64,000 nt of DNA from an uncultured delta proteobacterium (GCA_963785725.1 CAWAWS010000015.1:224001-288000); one strand, 5' to 3'. Positions 39,261 to 52,655 are shown, counted from the stretch's first letter. The notes: generated by a model not told the origin, from the sequence alone. Made by a program: numbers and translations.

Positions 39261-40172
39261 ATGAAGGAGCCCAAGAGCGTTCGGCGCGGTCGCATCGGTG
39301 CGCCGGTGACGCGTCCGACGTCGTGGTGGCTGCGCACGCTGCGCCAGCGGCGCGAGTCGATGTACGACGACCACGAGGCCATGGCGCCGGTCGCGTTCGC
39401 GGACGACGACGAGCGTCGCGCCTGTATCTCCTTCTTCAACGCCGCTTTGCGCGCCGAGGAGTCGGGCTCGGCGCAGGCCGAGCGGCTCGCCGGCGAAGTG
39501 CGGCAGTGGGATCCCGAGCTCGCCGAGTGCCTCGAGCTGTACGGCAAAGAAGAGGAGTGGCACCGCGGGCTCATCGAGCAGTTCTTGGCCGGCATCGGCG
39601 GCCACGTGCAGCCGCTCGGCGGGCTGACCGGCTTCTTCTATCGCACCTACGGCAAGGCGCGCGACCTCGAGACCATCATGCTGACGAACCTCATGTTCGA
39701 GGTGATCGGCTCGACGACCTATCGCATCGCGCTCGGGCGCATCAAGCATCCGGCGGTGCGCAAGCTGTTGACGATCTTGGCGCGCGACGAGTCGTTCCAC
39801 GTGCCGCTCAACGTGCATTTCATCCGCGAAATGCGCCGCTACAAGAGCTCGGGCTGGCTGCAGACGGCGCGCTTGAAGTCGATCTATCACGTCGTGTTCT
39901 GGATGCTGCTCGGGTCGGCGGCGGCGAGCCGGCGCGTCGCTGGGCGCTTCGACGGCATTACGTTTCCCGAGCTGGCGCATGCCTACGCCGAGAACTTGGC
40001 GCGGCTGTTCGTCAACGAGTCCGACCTGCGGTTCACGCCGCCGACGCTGGCGCTGAAGCTGTTCACGCTCGACAAAGACGAGCTCAGGCGCGGCGAGAAC
40101 ATCTTGTCGGCGGCGGCTGCGGAGGCGTCGGCGCGGCGCGAGAACGTCGACGTCAAAGTGCTGCACGTCTGA
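39261..40172 (+). CDS. Ferritin-like di-iron protein
   Basis: Ligand pattern E(RAEE)...EEEWH...E(MFEV)...DESFH. Confidence 0.75.
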   Translation: MKEPKSVRRGRIGAPVTRPTSWWLRTLRQRRESMYDDHEAMAPVAFADDDERRACISFFNAALRAEESGSAQAERLAGEVRQWDPELAECLELYGKEEEWHRGLIEQFLAGIGGHVQPLGGLTGFFYRTYGKARDLETIMLTNLMFEVIGSTTYRIALGRIKHPAVRKLLTILARDESFHVPLNVHFIREMRRYKSSGWLQTARLKSIYHVVFWMLLGSAAASRRVAGRFDGITFPELAHAYAENLARLFVNESDLRFTPPTLALKLFTLDKDELRRGENILSAAAAEASARRENVDVKVLHV

Positions 40173-40177
40173 GCTGA

Positions 40178-40322
40178 ATGGCCCAAGACGACGCCAAGGA
40201 TCTGGCGCAGCCGGGCGGCGACGCCGAGCTCGTCGGCGCGCCGACGCTCGCCGCCGCGTCGGCGCTGACGTCGCTCGGCACCGTCATCGGCACGCCGCAG
40301 TAACATGGCGCCCGAGCACTAA
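40178..40322 (+). pseudogene. Fragment of a Ser/Thr protein kinase (activation segment)
   Basis: Reads AKDL...LTSLGTVIGTPQ; removing one A at 40302 gives GTPQYMAPEH*. Confidence 0.6.
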
Positions 40323-40353
40323 ACCGGTCGAAATCACGGTGGTGAGGTACTAG
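40323..40353. mobile_element. Solo end of the MITE-like element
   Basis: ACCGGTCGAAATCACGGTGGTGAGGTACTAG versus ACCGGTCGAGATCACTGTGGTGAGGTACTAG at 52781-52811 (2 mismatches). Confidence 0.7.
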
Positions 40354-40479
40354 CGGCGCGACCGCGCGCGACGGCCGTACGCTAGTGAACCAATCGTGCC
40401 GCACGCCGTCAAACAGCGACGGCGCGAATTCGCGACCAGGGGTTGCCACTGTCGGCAAACGCGTCCTAACTTATCCCTC

Positions 40480-43400
40480 GTGAAACAGTCAGCCGCCTTG
40501 CCGCCCTACAAGCCGCGCCATCACGTCCGCATCGTCACCGCGGCGTCGCTCTTCGACGGCCACGACGCCGCCATCAACGTCATGCGCCGCCTCATGCAGG
40601 CGTCGGGCGCCGAGGTCATCCACCTCGGCCACAACCGCTCGGTCGCCGAGATCGTCGACTGCGCGATCCAGGAGGACGTGCAGGGCATCGCCATCACGTC
40701 GTACCAGGGCGGCCACGTCGAGTACTTCAAGTACATGATCGATCTGCTGCGGCAGCGCGGCGCCGACATCAAGGTCTTCGGCGGCGGCGGCGGCACCATC
40801 CTGCCCGTCGGAGATCGACGAGCTGCACGCGCTACGGCGTCACGCGCATCTACTCGCCCGACGACGGCCGCGCGATGGGCCTGCAGGGGATGATCGACGA
40901 CCTCCTCGCGCACTGCGACTTCGAGAAGCGCGACGCCGACGTTCGAGCCGCGCCTTGCCGCAGCTGCCGCGAGCGCGACGCCGGACACGATCGGCGCGCT
41001 CATCACCATCGCCGAGAACTTCCCGGCGAGCGGCGACGAGCTGCGTGCGGCGCTGGCGCCGCTCGTGGCCGCGCGACCGCGCGTGCCGGTGCTCGGCATC
41101 ACCGGCACCGGCGGCGCCGGCAAGTCGAGCCTCGTCGACGAGCTGGTGCGCCGCTTCCTCGCCGACTTCGCCGACAAGACGATCGCCGTCCTCTCGGTCG
41201 ATCCGTCGAAGCGCAAGTCGGGCGGCGCGCTGCTCGGCGATCGCATCCGCATGAACGCCATCGACGACCCGCGCGTCTACATGCGCTCGCTCGCCACGCG
41301 GCAGTCGAACCTGGCGCTGTCGAAGCACGTGCGCGAGTCGATCGAGATCTGCCAGGCGGCCGGCTTCGATCTCATCGTCGTCGAGACCTCGGGCATCGGC
41401 CAGTCGGACACCGAGATCACCGAGCACGCCGACGTCTCGCTCTACGTGATGACGGCCGAGTACGGCGCGGCGACGCAGCTCGAGAAGATCGACATGCTCG
41501 ACTTCGCCGACGTCATCGCCATCAACAAGTTCGACAAGCGCGGCTCGCTCGACGCGCTGCGCGACGTGCAAGAAGCAGTGGCGCCGCAACCACAACGCCT
41601 TCGCCGACGCCGACGACGACGTGCCGGTCTACGGGACGATCGCCTCGCAGTTCAACGACCCGGGGATGAACCGGCTCTATCGCGACGCTCATGGACGTCG
41701 TCGCCGAGCAGCACCGGCGCGCCGCTTGCACGTCGCAGCTTCGAGATCACGGCCGGCATGAGCGAGAAGCGCTGGATCATCCCGCCCGATCGCACGCGCT
41801 ACCTCGCCGAGATCGTCGAGACCTGCGAGGGCTACGACGCGCTTCGTGCGCGCGCAGGCGGCGATCGCGCGGCGCATGTACCAGCTGCACGGCACCATCG
41901 AGGCGCTGCGCGCCAACGTCGGCAAGAAGCGGCTCGAGATCGTCGAGCCGACGGGCGCGCGCCGACGTCGTGCAGGTCACCGAGCGCGTCGAGGGCGAGC
42001 CCGCGTTTCTCGGCGAGCTGGTCGACGCTCTATCGCGATCTCGAGGCGCGCCTCGACCCCGAGTGCAAGCAAGCTGCTCGCCGAGTGGCCGGCGACCAAG
42101 CGGCGCTACGCCGCGGCGAAGTATCAGTTCCAGGTGCGCGACAAGGTCATCGAGCTCGACCTCGTCACCGAGTCGCTCTCGCACCTGCGCATCCCCAAGG
42201 TCTCGCTGCCCGAGTACGAAGACTGGGGCGATCTGCTCGACCTGGCTCCTGCGCGAGAGCGCCGCCCGGGCAGTTCCCGTTCACCGCCGGCGTCTTCCCG
42301 CTCAAGCGCGAAGGCGAAGATCCGGCGCGCATGTTCGCCGGCGAAGGCGGGCCGGAGCGCACCAACAAGCGCTTCCACTACGTCTCGCGCGGCCTGCCGG
42401 CCAAGCGGCTGTCGACGGCGTTCGACTCGGTCACGCTCTACGGCGAGGATCCCGATCAAGCGGCCGGACATCTACGGCAAGGTCGGCAACTCCGGCGTCT
42501 CGATCGCCAACGTCGACGACGCGAAGAAGCTCTACTCCGGCTTCGATCTCGCCGATCCGTCGACGTCGGTGTCGATGACGATCAACGGCCCGGCGCCGAT
42601 GCTGCTCGGCTTCTTCCTGAACGCCGCCATCGATCAGCAGTGCGAGAAGTGGATTCACGCGCAAGGGCAAGGCGGCGCGAGATCGAGCAGAAGATCGACG
42701 AGCTCTACGCCGCAGCGCGGCGTGCCGCGGCCGACGCTACCAGGGCGCGCTCGCCCGAGGGCAACGACGGCCTCGGGCTCATGCTGCTCGGCGTGTCCGG
42801 CGACGAGGTGCTGCCGCGCGAGGTCTACGAGAAGATCCGCGCGGCGACGCTCTCGGCGGTGCGCGGCACGGTGCAGGCCGACATCCTCAAAGAGGATCAG
42901 GCGCAGAACACCTGCATCTTCTCGACCGAGTTCGCGCTGCGCCTGATGGGCGACATCCAGCAGTACTTCATCGACCACAAGGTCCGGAACTTCTACTCGG
43001 TCTCGATCTCCGGCTACCACATCGCCGAAGCCGGGGCGAACCCGATCTCGCAGCTCGCGTTCACGCTCGCGAACGGCTTCACGTTCGTCGAGTACTACCT
43101 GTCGCGCGGGATGCACATCGACGACTTCGCGCCGAACCTGTCGTTCTTCTTCTCGAACGGCATGGACCCCGAATACACGGTGCTCGGCCGCGTGGCGCGG
43201 CGCATCTGGGCGAAGGCGATGCGCGACAAGTACGGCGGCAACGACCGCTCGCAGAAGCTGAAGTACCACATCCAGACGTCGGGCCGATCGCTGCACGCGC
43301 AGGAGATCGCGTTCAACGACATCCGCACGACGCTGCAGGCGCTGCTCGCGCTCTACGACAACTGCAACTCGCTGCACACCAACGCCTACGACGAGGCGAT

Positions 43401-43962
43401 CACGACGCCGACCGAGGAGAGCGTGCGCCGCGCGCTGGCGATTCAGCTCGTCATCAACAAGGAGTTCGGGCTGTCCAAGAACGAGAACCCGACGCAGGGC
43501 TCGTTCATCGTCGAGGAGCTGACCGATCTGGTCGAGGCGGCGGTGCTCGCCGAGTTCCGCGCGCTCTCGGAGCGCGGCGGCGTGCTCGGCGCGATGGAGC
43601 GCATGTACCAGCGCTCGAAGATCCAGGAGGAGTCGCTCTACTACGAGACGCTGAAGCACGACGGCACGCTGCCGATCATCGGCGTCAACACGTTCCTCGA
43701 TCCCAAGGGCTCGCCGACGGTGTCGCCGCCCGAGGTCATCCGCGCCACCAACGACGAGAAGGACTACGCCATCGCCGCGCGCGACGCGTTCTGGAAGCGC
43801 AACGCGGCGACGGCGCCGGCGGCGCTGGCGGCGGTGCGGCGCGCAGCGCTCGACGGCGGCAACGTCTTCGCCGCGCTGATGGAGGCCTGCAAGGTCTGCA
43901 CGCTCGGCCAGCTCTCGCACGCGCTCTACCAAGTCGGCGGCCAGTACCGTCGCAACATGTAA
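40480..43962 (+). CDS. icmF: Fused isobutyryl-CoA mutase/GTPase IcmF; more than 10 frameshifts
   Basis: N-terminal B12 domain ([14 protein letters not shown]), MeaB domain (GTGGAGKSS), mutase domain ([19 protein letters not shown]), C-terminus VGGQYRRNM. Confidence 0.92.
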
Positions 43963-43975
43963 GTGGTAACGCCTC

Positions 43976-44005
43976 TTGACGCGCTGCAGTGCCAATCGCC
44001 ATAGT
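43976..44005 (+). promoter_or_regulatory. Possible internal promoter for mutAB
   Basis: TTGACG-N18-CATAGT followed by an AAGGAG RBS. Confidence 0.35.
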
Positions 44006-44031
44006 CCGCCTTCAAGGAGCACGGCTTACTG

Positions 44032-45788
44032 ATGACGTTCCCCAAGGTCGGCGTCGCCGAGTGGCGCGCGCAGGTCGACAAGGAGCTGGCCGGCGCCAGC
44101 TTCGACAAGACGCTCGTGCACATGACGCCGGAGGGGCTGGCGATTCAGCCGCTCTACGTCGAGGCGGCCGCCGATTCGGGCGTGCCGGGCGCGGCGCCGT
44201 TCACGCGCGGGAATTCGCCGGCGCCGCCGCCGTTCGCGATCTGCATGCGCCACGACGCCGCCCATCCCGACGCGCTGACGGCCGATCTCGACGGTGGCGC
44301 CGACGCGTTGTGGCTGCAGCTGGGGCCGAGCTTCGGCTTGGATCCGCTGTTCGCGCGTCCCGATTGGTGGCAGCGGCAGCTCGTCATCGACGGCAACGGC
44401 GCGCCGCTGGCCGCGCTCGACGCGCTCTTGGCCGGCGCCGACACGCGGGCGTCGCGACGAGCGCGCTCGACGTCGTGCTCGCCGCCGATCCGCTGGCCGA
44501 CCTCGCGCGCGGCATTTCGGCGAGCGCGGTCGAGCACGGGCTCGACGAGCTCGTCGAGTGCGCGCGCCATGTTCGCGAACGCTGCCCGGCGTCGCAAGGC
44601 GCGCTCGTCTCGACGCTGCCGTATCACGCAAGCCGGCGCCGATGCCGCCGACGAGCTGGCCATCGCGCTGTCGACCGGCGTCGCCTATCTGCGCGCGCTC
44701 GGCGAGGGCGGCTTCGACGTCGCGTCGGCCGCCCGGCAGCTCGCCGTGCAGATTTCGGTCGGGCGCGACACCTTCGGCGAGCTGTGCAAGCTGCGCGCGC
44801 TCCGGCTCGTGTGGCACAAGCTGTTCGCGGCAGCCGGCGCGCCGGCTGCGCCGTTGGCGCGGCTGCACGCCGTCTCCTCGCCGCGCACGCTGAGCGAGCG
44901 CGATCCGTGGGTCAACATGCTGCGCGTGACGACCAGGTGTTCGCGGCCGTCCTCGGCGGCGCCGACCTCGTGACGCCGGCGCCGTTCGACGACGCGCTCG
45001 GCGCCGCCAGCGATCTCGGCCGCCGCGTCGCGCGCAACACCGGGCTCGTCTTGCGCGACGAGAGCCACCTGGGCCGCGTCGTCGATCCGGCCGGCGGCTC
45101 GTACTACTTGGAGACGCTGACCGATCGAGCTGGCGCGCAAGCGTGGCAGCGTTTTCGCGACCTCGAAGCCGAAGGCGGCATCGTGCGCTCGCTGTCGGAA
45201 CGGCAAGCTGCAGGCGCGGCTCGTCGGCAGCTGGCACAAGTGGAGCGACGGCTTGGCCAAGCGCAAAGAGGCCATCACCGGCGTCTCGGTGTTCGCCAAC
45301 CTCGACGAGAAGCGGCCGGCGCCGCGGTCGCTGCACGCCGCGCCAACGCCGGCGACGGTGACGACCGCGCCGTGGGCGCCCTTGCCGCGCCATCGCGACG
45401 CCGAGGCGTTCGAGCGGCTGCGCGATCGCGCCGACGAGCGGGGCGACTCGGTGCCGAGCGTCGGCTTGGTCGTGCTCGGTCCGCCGGCCGAGTATCGCCC
45501 GCGCCTCGGCTTCGCGTCCTCGTTCTTCGGCGGCGGCGGCTTGCGCGCGCGAGAGGCGCCGGCCGACAGCGTGCCGGCGTTCGCCTGCTTGTGCGGCAGC
45601 GACGAGCGCTATGCCGTCGAAGCCGCCGATCGCGCCCGCGCGCTCAAGGCCGCCGGCTGTAAACGCGTGCTCATCGCCGGCCGCCCGGGCGCGCTCGAAG
45701 CGGCGCTGCGCGAAGCCGGCGTCGACGGCTTCATCTTCGTCGGCTGCGACGTGGTCAAGACGCTGTCGGAGCTGTTGGGAGCGCAGTC

Positions 45789-45792
<4 letters not shown>
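44032..45792 (+). CDS. mutA: Methylmalonyl-CoA mutase small subunit; several frameshifts
   Basis: [54 protein letters not shown]. Confidence 0.85.
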
Positions 45793-47942
<2,150 letters not shown>

Positions 47943-47988
47943 ACCCGCGATCGCGCCTCGGCTCGGCTCGCGCGTCGGACGTGGCGAC

Positions 47989-48993
47989 ATGAGCGGGCGG
48001 CGCGCGCGGCTGCCGCTCGCCGATTACGAGCGCGGCGTGCGCGCGGCCGATCGCGCGCTCTTGGCGCAGGCGATCACGCTCGTCGAGAGCCGCCAGCCCG
48101 ACGACGCGCAGCTGGCGCAGGCGCTGTTGACGCGCCTCTTGCCGGCGACGGGAAACGCGCGTCGCGTCGGCGTCACCGGCGTGCCCGGCGTCGGCAAGAG
48201 CACCTTCATCGACGAGCTGGGCACGCGCCTCATCGCCAAGGGGCACCGCGTCGCGGTCTTGGCGATCGATCCGTCGAGCGCGCTGTCGGGCGGCTCCATC
48301 CTCGGCGACAAGACGCGCATGGCCCGCTTGTCGGTCGACCCGGGCGCGTTCATTCGCCCGTCGCCGAGCTCGCTCACGCCCGGCGGCGTCGCGCGGCGCA
48401 CGCGCGAGACGATGCTCTTGTGCGAGGCGGCCGGCTTCGACGTCATTCTCGTCGAGACCGTCGGCGTCGGGCAGGGCGAGATGGCCGTCAGCGAGATGGT
48501 CGACTTCTTCCTCGTGCTCGCCTTGTCCGGCTCCGGCGACGAGCTGCAAGGCATCAAGAAGGGCGTGTTCGAGCTGGCCGACGTCATCGCGGTCAACAAA
48601 GCCGACGGCGAGGGCGCCGCGCGCGCGCAGCTGACGCTCGCCGATCTGCGTGCGGCGCTGCGCTATCTGCCGCGTAAACGGCCGAGCTGGGCCACGCGCG
48701 CCGTCGCCATCTCCGGCCAAACGGGCGCGGGCTTGGACGCGCTGTGGGCGATCGTCGAGGAGCAGCACGCGCTCTTGACGGCGTCGGGCGAGCTGCAAAC
48801 GTTGCGCGCCGAGCAGCAGCGGTCGTGGATGTGGGCGCTCATCGGCGAGCGGCTCGAGCGCCGCTTTCGCAGCGATGCAGCGGTGGCGCAAGAGCTGGCG
48901 GCGGTGGAAGCGGCCGTGCGCGCCGGGCAGCTGACGTCGACGGCGGGCGCCGATCGGCTGCTGGCCGTGTTCGCCGCCGACAAGCAGTCGTAA
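47989..48993 (+). CDS. meaB: Methylmalonyl-CoA mutase-associated GTPase MeaB
   Basis: GVTGVPGVGKSTF, GGSILGDKTRM, ETVGVGQ, GDELQGIKKG, NKAD. Confidence 0.93.
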   Translation: MSGRRARLPLADYERGVRAADRALLAQAITLVESRQPDDAQLAQALLTRLLPATGNARRVGVTGVPGVGKSTFIDELGTRLIAKGHRVAVLAIDPSSALSGGSILGDKTRMARLSVDPGAFIRPSPSSLTPGGVARRTRETMLLCEAAGFDVILVETVGVGQGEMAVSEMVDFFLVLALSGSGDELQGIKKGVFELADVIAVNKADGEGAARAQLTLADLRAALRYLPRKRPSWATRAVAISGQTGAGLDALWAIVEEQHALLTASGELQTLRAEQQRSWMWALIGERLERRFRSDAAVAQELAAVEAAVRAGQLTSTAGADRLLAVFAADKQS

Positions 48994-48998
48994 GTCGC

Positions 48999-49751
48999 GT
49001 GCGCGTCGTCTCGCTCTGCCCCAGCCTGACCGACTCGCTGTTCGCGCTCGGCTGTGGCGCGCGCGTGGTCGGCCGCACCAAGTTCTGCGTGCAGCCGGCC
49101 GACGGCGTGGCGGCGGTGGAGCGCGTGGGCGGCACGAAGAATCCGAAGATCGATCGCATCGTCGAGCTCGAGCCCGATCTCGTGCTCATGAACGAAGAGG
49201 AGAACCGCCGCGAAGACGCCGAAGCGTTGGAGGCGCACGGCATTCGCGTGTTGAGCACCTTCGCGCGCGATGTCGCGGGCGCGGCGGCGGCGCTGGTGAC
49301 GATCGGCGACGCCGTCGGCGCCGGCGCGTTCGCGCGACAGTGGGCGCGGCAGATCGCAGCGCTCGCCACCGAGGTTCGCGCGGCGGCGGCGCAACGGCCG
49401 CGCGTGCGCTTCGTCTATCTCATCTGGCAGGAGCCGTGGATGGCGGTGGCGCCGGGCACGTACATCGACGATCTGCTGACGCTGGCCGGCGGCGCGAACG
49501 TCGTGACCGCGCGCGAGCCGCGCTATCCCGAAGTCGACGTCGCGCAGTTGGCGGCGGCCGATCGCGTGCTCTTGTCGTCGGAGCCGTTTCCCTTCGCGGC
49601 GCGCCACCTGCAAGCGGCCAGCGCGGCGACGGGCCTTTTGCCCGACCGCTTCCAGCTCGTCGACGGCGAGCTCCTCTCGTGGCACGGCACGCGCACGCTC
49701 GCCGGTCTCGACTACGCCGCCCAGCTGTTCGCGGATCCTGACGTAGACTAA
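48999..49751 (+). CDS. BtuF-like helical-backbone metal/cobalamin-binding protein lacking a signal peptide
   Basis: RVVSLCPSLT, VGRTKFC, VGGTKNP, EEN, SSEPFPF, VDGELLSWHG. Confidence 0.8.
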   Translation: MRVVSLCPSLTDSLFALGCGARVVGRTKFCVQPADGVAAVERVGGTKNPKIDRIVELEPDLVLMNEEENRREDAEALEAHGIRVLSTFARDVAGAAAALVTIGDAVGAGAFARQWARQIAALATEVRAAAAQRPRVRFVYLIWQEPWMAVAPGTYIDDLLTLAGGANVVTAREPRYPEVDVAQLAAADRVLLSSEPFPFAARHLQAASAATGLLPDRFQLVDGELLSWHGTRTLAGLDYAAQLFADPDVD

Positions 49752-49781
49752 TCTAAGCGCTCCGTCGCGGGCCGCGCCAGC

Positions 49782-50498
49782 TCAGTCGCGGCTGTTGTCG
49801 TGCGTCGCAGCGGGCGCGCCGTCGTGCGGCGTCGCGCGCGTCTCGCCCGCCTGCCACGCGCGCTCGAGCGCCGCGCGCAAGACGTCGGCCGGCTGCGCGC
49901 CCGACAGGCCGTACTTGCCGTCGAGCATGAAGAACGGCACGCCGCGAATGCCGAGCGCCGCCGCCTGCTTCTCGTCGGCGCGCACGGCGTCGGCGTAGGC
50001 GTCGCCGAGCAGCATCGTGCGCACGGCGTCGGCGTCGAGCCCGACCTCGGCCGCCAACTTCACCAGCGTCTCGCGATAGGCGATCGGCTCGCCTTCGGTG
50101 AACGTCGCGCGGAACAGCCGCTCCTTGAGCGCGTCCTGCTTGCCGTGCTCGGCGGCGAAGTGCAGCAGCCGATGCGCGTCGAACGTGTTGCCGCCGCGAA
50201 TGCGCTCGAAGTGCATGTCGATGCCGTCCTCGGCCGCGACGCGCGTCATGCGGTCGAGCATCTCCTGCGCCGCCGGTACCGTCGTGTCGTATTTGCGCGC
50301 CAGCCGCTCGGCTTGCCCGCCGGCGTTCTCGTGCACCAGCGGCGCCGACGGGTCGAGCTCGAACGAATGCCAGCGAAGGTCGACGGAATCGCGGTGCTCG
50401 AACTGCGCCAACGCCGACTCCAAGCGGCGCTTGCCGACGTAACACCACGGACAGACCACATCGGACCAGACATCAATCGACAGTCGACGCTCGCTCAT
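49782..50498 (-). CDS. DsbA-family (FrnE-like) oxidoreductase
   Basis: WSDVVCPWCYVGKRRL, GVPFF, SGAQP. Confidence 0.92.
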   Translation of the reverse strand: MSERRLSIDVWSDVVCPWCYVGKRRLESALAQFEHRDSVDLRWHSFELDPSAPLVHENAGGQAERLARKYDTTVPAAQEMLDRMTRVAAEDGIDMHFERIRGGNTFDAHRLLHFAAEHGKQDALKERLFRATFTEGEPIAYRETLVKLAAEVGLDADAVRTMLLGDAYADAVRADEKQAAALGIRGVPFFMLDGKYGLSGAQPADVLRAALERAWQAGETRATPHDGAPAATHDNSRD

Positions 50499-50624
50499 CG
50501 CGATAATGATAAGTCGCCGTCGAGAGCGGCGCATCTTCTGCGGTCGAATAATAGTGTCGAACGATACCGACTTTGGAAATCGTACGTTGCAATTACAAAT
50601 CTTGGGCGCAAGCTCGCCATCGAG

Positions 50625-51536
50625 ATGAGCGATTACAGTCCGTCGGGCCGGCAGTTCGAGCTGCGTTTGGGCGCGCAGCGCGCCATCGTCACCGAAGTGG
50701 GCGCGACGCTGCGCGCCTACGACATCGGCGGCGTGCCCATCATCGACGGCTTCGCCGCCGGCGAGATGTGCTCGGGCGGCCGCGGCCAGCCGCTTTTGCC
50801 GTGGCCCAACCGCATTCGCGACGGTCGTTACAAGCTCGACGGCGCCGAGCTACAGCTGGCGCTGACCGATCCGGGCGGGCTGCACGCCATTCATGGGCTC
50901 GTGCGCTGGCTGCCGTGGACGCTGGTCGAGCAGGCGGCGGCGCACGCGGCGCTGAGCTGCGTCGTCTATCCGCAGCCCGGCTATCCATTCACGCTGACGC
51001 TGCGCCTCGACTATCGGCTCGAGGCCGACGGGCTGCGCATCGACATCGCGGCGCAGAATCTCTCGCCGCGCGCCTGTCCGTTCGGCGCCGGCGCGCATCC
51101 GTATTTGACGGTCGGTGGCGACCTGGTCGACGAAGCCACGCTGCAAATGCCGGCCAGCGAGTGGATGCGCACCGATCTGCGGCTCATTCCCGCCGGCCGC
51201 GTCGGCGTCGGCAACACGGCCTGGGACTTCCGCGCGCCGCGCGCGATCGGCGCGCAGGTGCTCGACCACACGTTCACGTCGCTCGTGCGCGACAGCGACG
51301 GCCGCGCCCGCGTGCGCCTGGCGCGCGGCGAGCGCGCGGTGACGCTGTGGCTCGACGAGCAGTTCCACTTCGTGCAGCTGTTCACGGGCGAGACGCTGGC
51401 GCCCGAGCGGCGGCGGCGCGCGCTCGCCGTCGAGCCGATGACGTGCGCGCCCGACGCCTTCAACAGCGGCGAAGGCCTCGTCAGGCTCGAGCCCGGCCAG
51501 CGCTTCGGCGCCAGCTGGGGAATCTCACCCGCGTAA
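50625..51536 (+). CDS. Aldose 1-epimerase family protein
   Basis: PWPNRIRDG, AIHG, GAHPY, AVEPMT. Confidence 0.9.
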   Translation: MSDYSPSGRQFELRLGAQRAIVTEVGATLRAYDIGGVPIIDGFAAGEMCSGGRGQPLLPWPNRIRDGRYKLDGAELQLALTDPGGLHAIHGLVRWLPWTLVEQAAAHAALSCVVYPQPGYPFTLTLRLDYRLEADGLRIDIAAQNLSPRACPFGAGAHPYLTVGGDLVDEATLQMPASEWMRTDLRLIPAGRVGVGNTAWDFRAPRAIGAQVLDHTFTSLVRDSDGRARVRLARGERAVTLWLDEQFHFVQLFTGETLAPERRRRALAVEPMTCAPDAFNSGEGLVRLEPGQRFGASWGISPA

Positions 51537-51577
51537 AAAGCAGACGGCCGCGCCGCAACCGAGCGAACGCGACCGTC
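51535..51577 (-). terminator. Possible intrinsic terminator after csbD
   Basis: Hairpin GACGGCCGCG/CGCGACCGTC followed on the minus strand by TGCTTTTT. Confidence 0.4.
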
Positions 51578-51600
51578 GAGGATCGTTGTCGTGCGAACCG

Positions 51601-51831
51601 CTAGTGCTTCGGCGGGTTCGTGTCTTTATGCGCGCGCAGGCTGGCGATGAAGCCGTCGATCTCGTGCTCGGCCGCGTCTTTGGCGTGGCCGTAACGCTCC
51701 TTGAGCGCGCCCACGAGCTTGTCCTTCTTGCCCGCGATCAGCTTGACGTCATCGTCGGTGAGCTTGGCCCACTTCTCTTTGACTTTGCCCTTGAGTGTGT
51801 CCCAGTCGCCTTCGATCTTGTCCCAATTCAT
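51601..51831 (-). CDS. CsbD-family protein
   Basis: MNWDKIEGDWDTLKGKVKEKWAKLTDDD. Confidence 0.92.
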   Translation of the reverse strand: MNWDKIEGDWDTLKGKVKEKWAKLTDDDVKLIAGKKDKLVGALKERYGHAKDAAEHEIDGFIASLRAHKDTNPPKH

Positions 51832-51882
51832 CCGCTTGCCTCCAGGTTGACTGTTATGGAGATAAGCAGCGCGGCATCGTCT

Positions 51883-52626
51883 TCAACTGTCGCGGGGCGC
51901 TTGGCTCGCTTCCCAGAACGCATAGGCGCCGGCGGCGACGAGGCAGACGACGGGCACGAGCAGCGCCACGCGACCGCACACGCGCGCCGCCGACGCGCCA
52001 CAGACGGCGCCGGTCGTGAACGCGCAGACGATCGTGACGAGGAGCAGCGCGCGCGTCGGCACCGGTCGATCGGGCGGGCTGCGGCTCGGCAACAGCGTCG
52101 GCAGCGCGCGCAGCTTGGCGCGGTGCCAGCGATACCAGCGCGCCGCTTCGATGCCGAGATCGGTGACGACGCCGGTCAGGTGCGTCGTGCGCACGACCGC
52201 GCCCGACAAGCGCGTCACGAGGCTGTTCTGCATGCCCATCGCGAACGAGAGCAGCACCAGATGGGCGTCGGTGAAGTAGGGCCCGCCGCCGCTGCCGACG
52301 AACGCCGCCAACACCGCCGCTTCGGCGAGCAGCGCCGCGCCGTAGGCCGCCGACGTGCGGCCGAAGCGGCTGGTCTCGAGCAGCAAGCTGGCGACGAACG
52401 CGCCCACGAAGAACGTGACGACGAGCAGCGCCGTGGCCATCGCGCTCGGGACGTCGCCGCCGCTCAGCTGCACGCTGAAGGCGCCGACGATGCCGGTGAC
52501 GTGGGAGGTGAAGTGGCCGAGGAGGATGAAGCCGCCCGAGTTGACGAAGCCGGCGACGAAGGCGAGGTAACCGGCGAGCACTTCGTTCTTGCGCACGCTG
52601 CGGGTCGGGCCCTCGTGCTGGAACAC
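51883..52626 (-). CDS. YoaK/DUF1275 membrane protein
   Basis: LAFVAGFVN, FTSHVTG, FAMGMQN, RTTHLTG. Confidence 0.9.
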   Translation of the reverse strand: MFQHEGPTRSVRKNEVLAGYLAFVAGFVNSGGFILLGHFTSHVTGIVGAFSVQLSGGDVPSAMATALLVVTFFVGAFVASLLLETSRFGRTSAAYGAALLAEAAVLAAFVGSGGGPYFTDAHLVLLSFAMGMQNSLVTRLSGAVVRTTHLTGVVTDLGIEAARWYRWHRAKLRALPTLLPSRSPPDRPVPTRALLLVTIVCAFTTGAVCGASAARVCGRVALLVPVVCLVAAGAYAFWEASQAPRDS

Positions 52627-52655
52627 GCGCCGATTATATCGCGGTTGGCAGGCGC

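Noticed and set aside
40178..40303. RiPP precursor next to a di-iron enzyme
   Set aside because: The sequence is better explained as a kinase activation-loop fragment.
40360..40480. Cobalamin riboswitch upstream of icmF (GCCACTG present)
   Set aside because: I could not find the accompanying GGGAA elements or B12 box. An Infernal search with RF00174 would settle it.
50502..50520. Second Fur box (GATAATGATAA) before the DsbA-family gene
   Set aside because: Only the left 11 of 19 positions match and there is no dyad.
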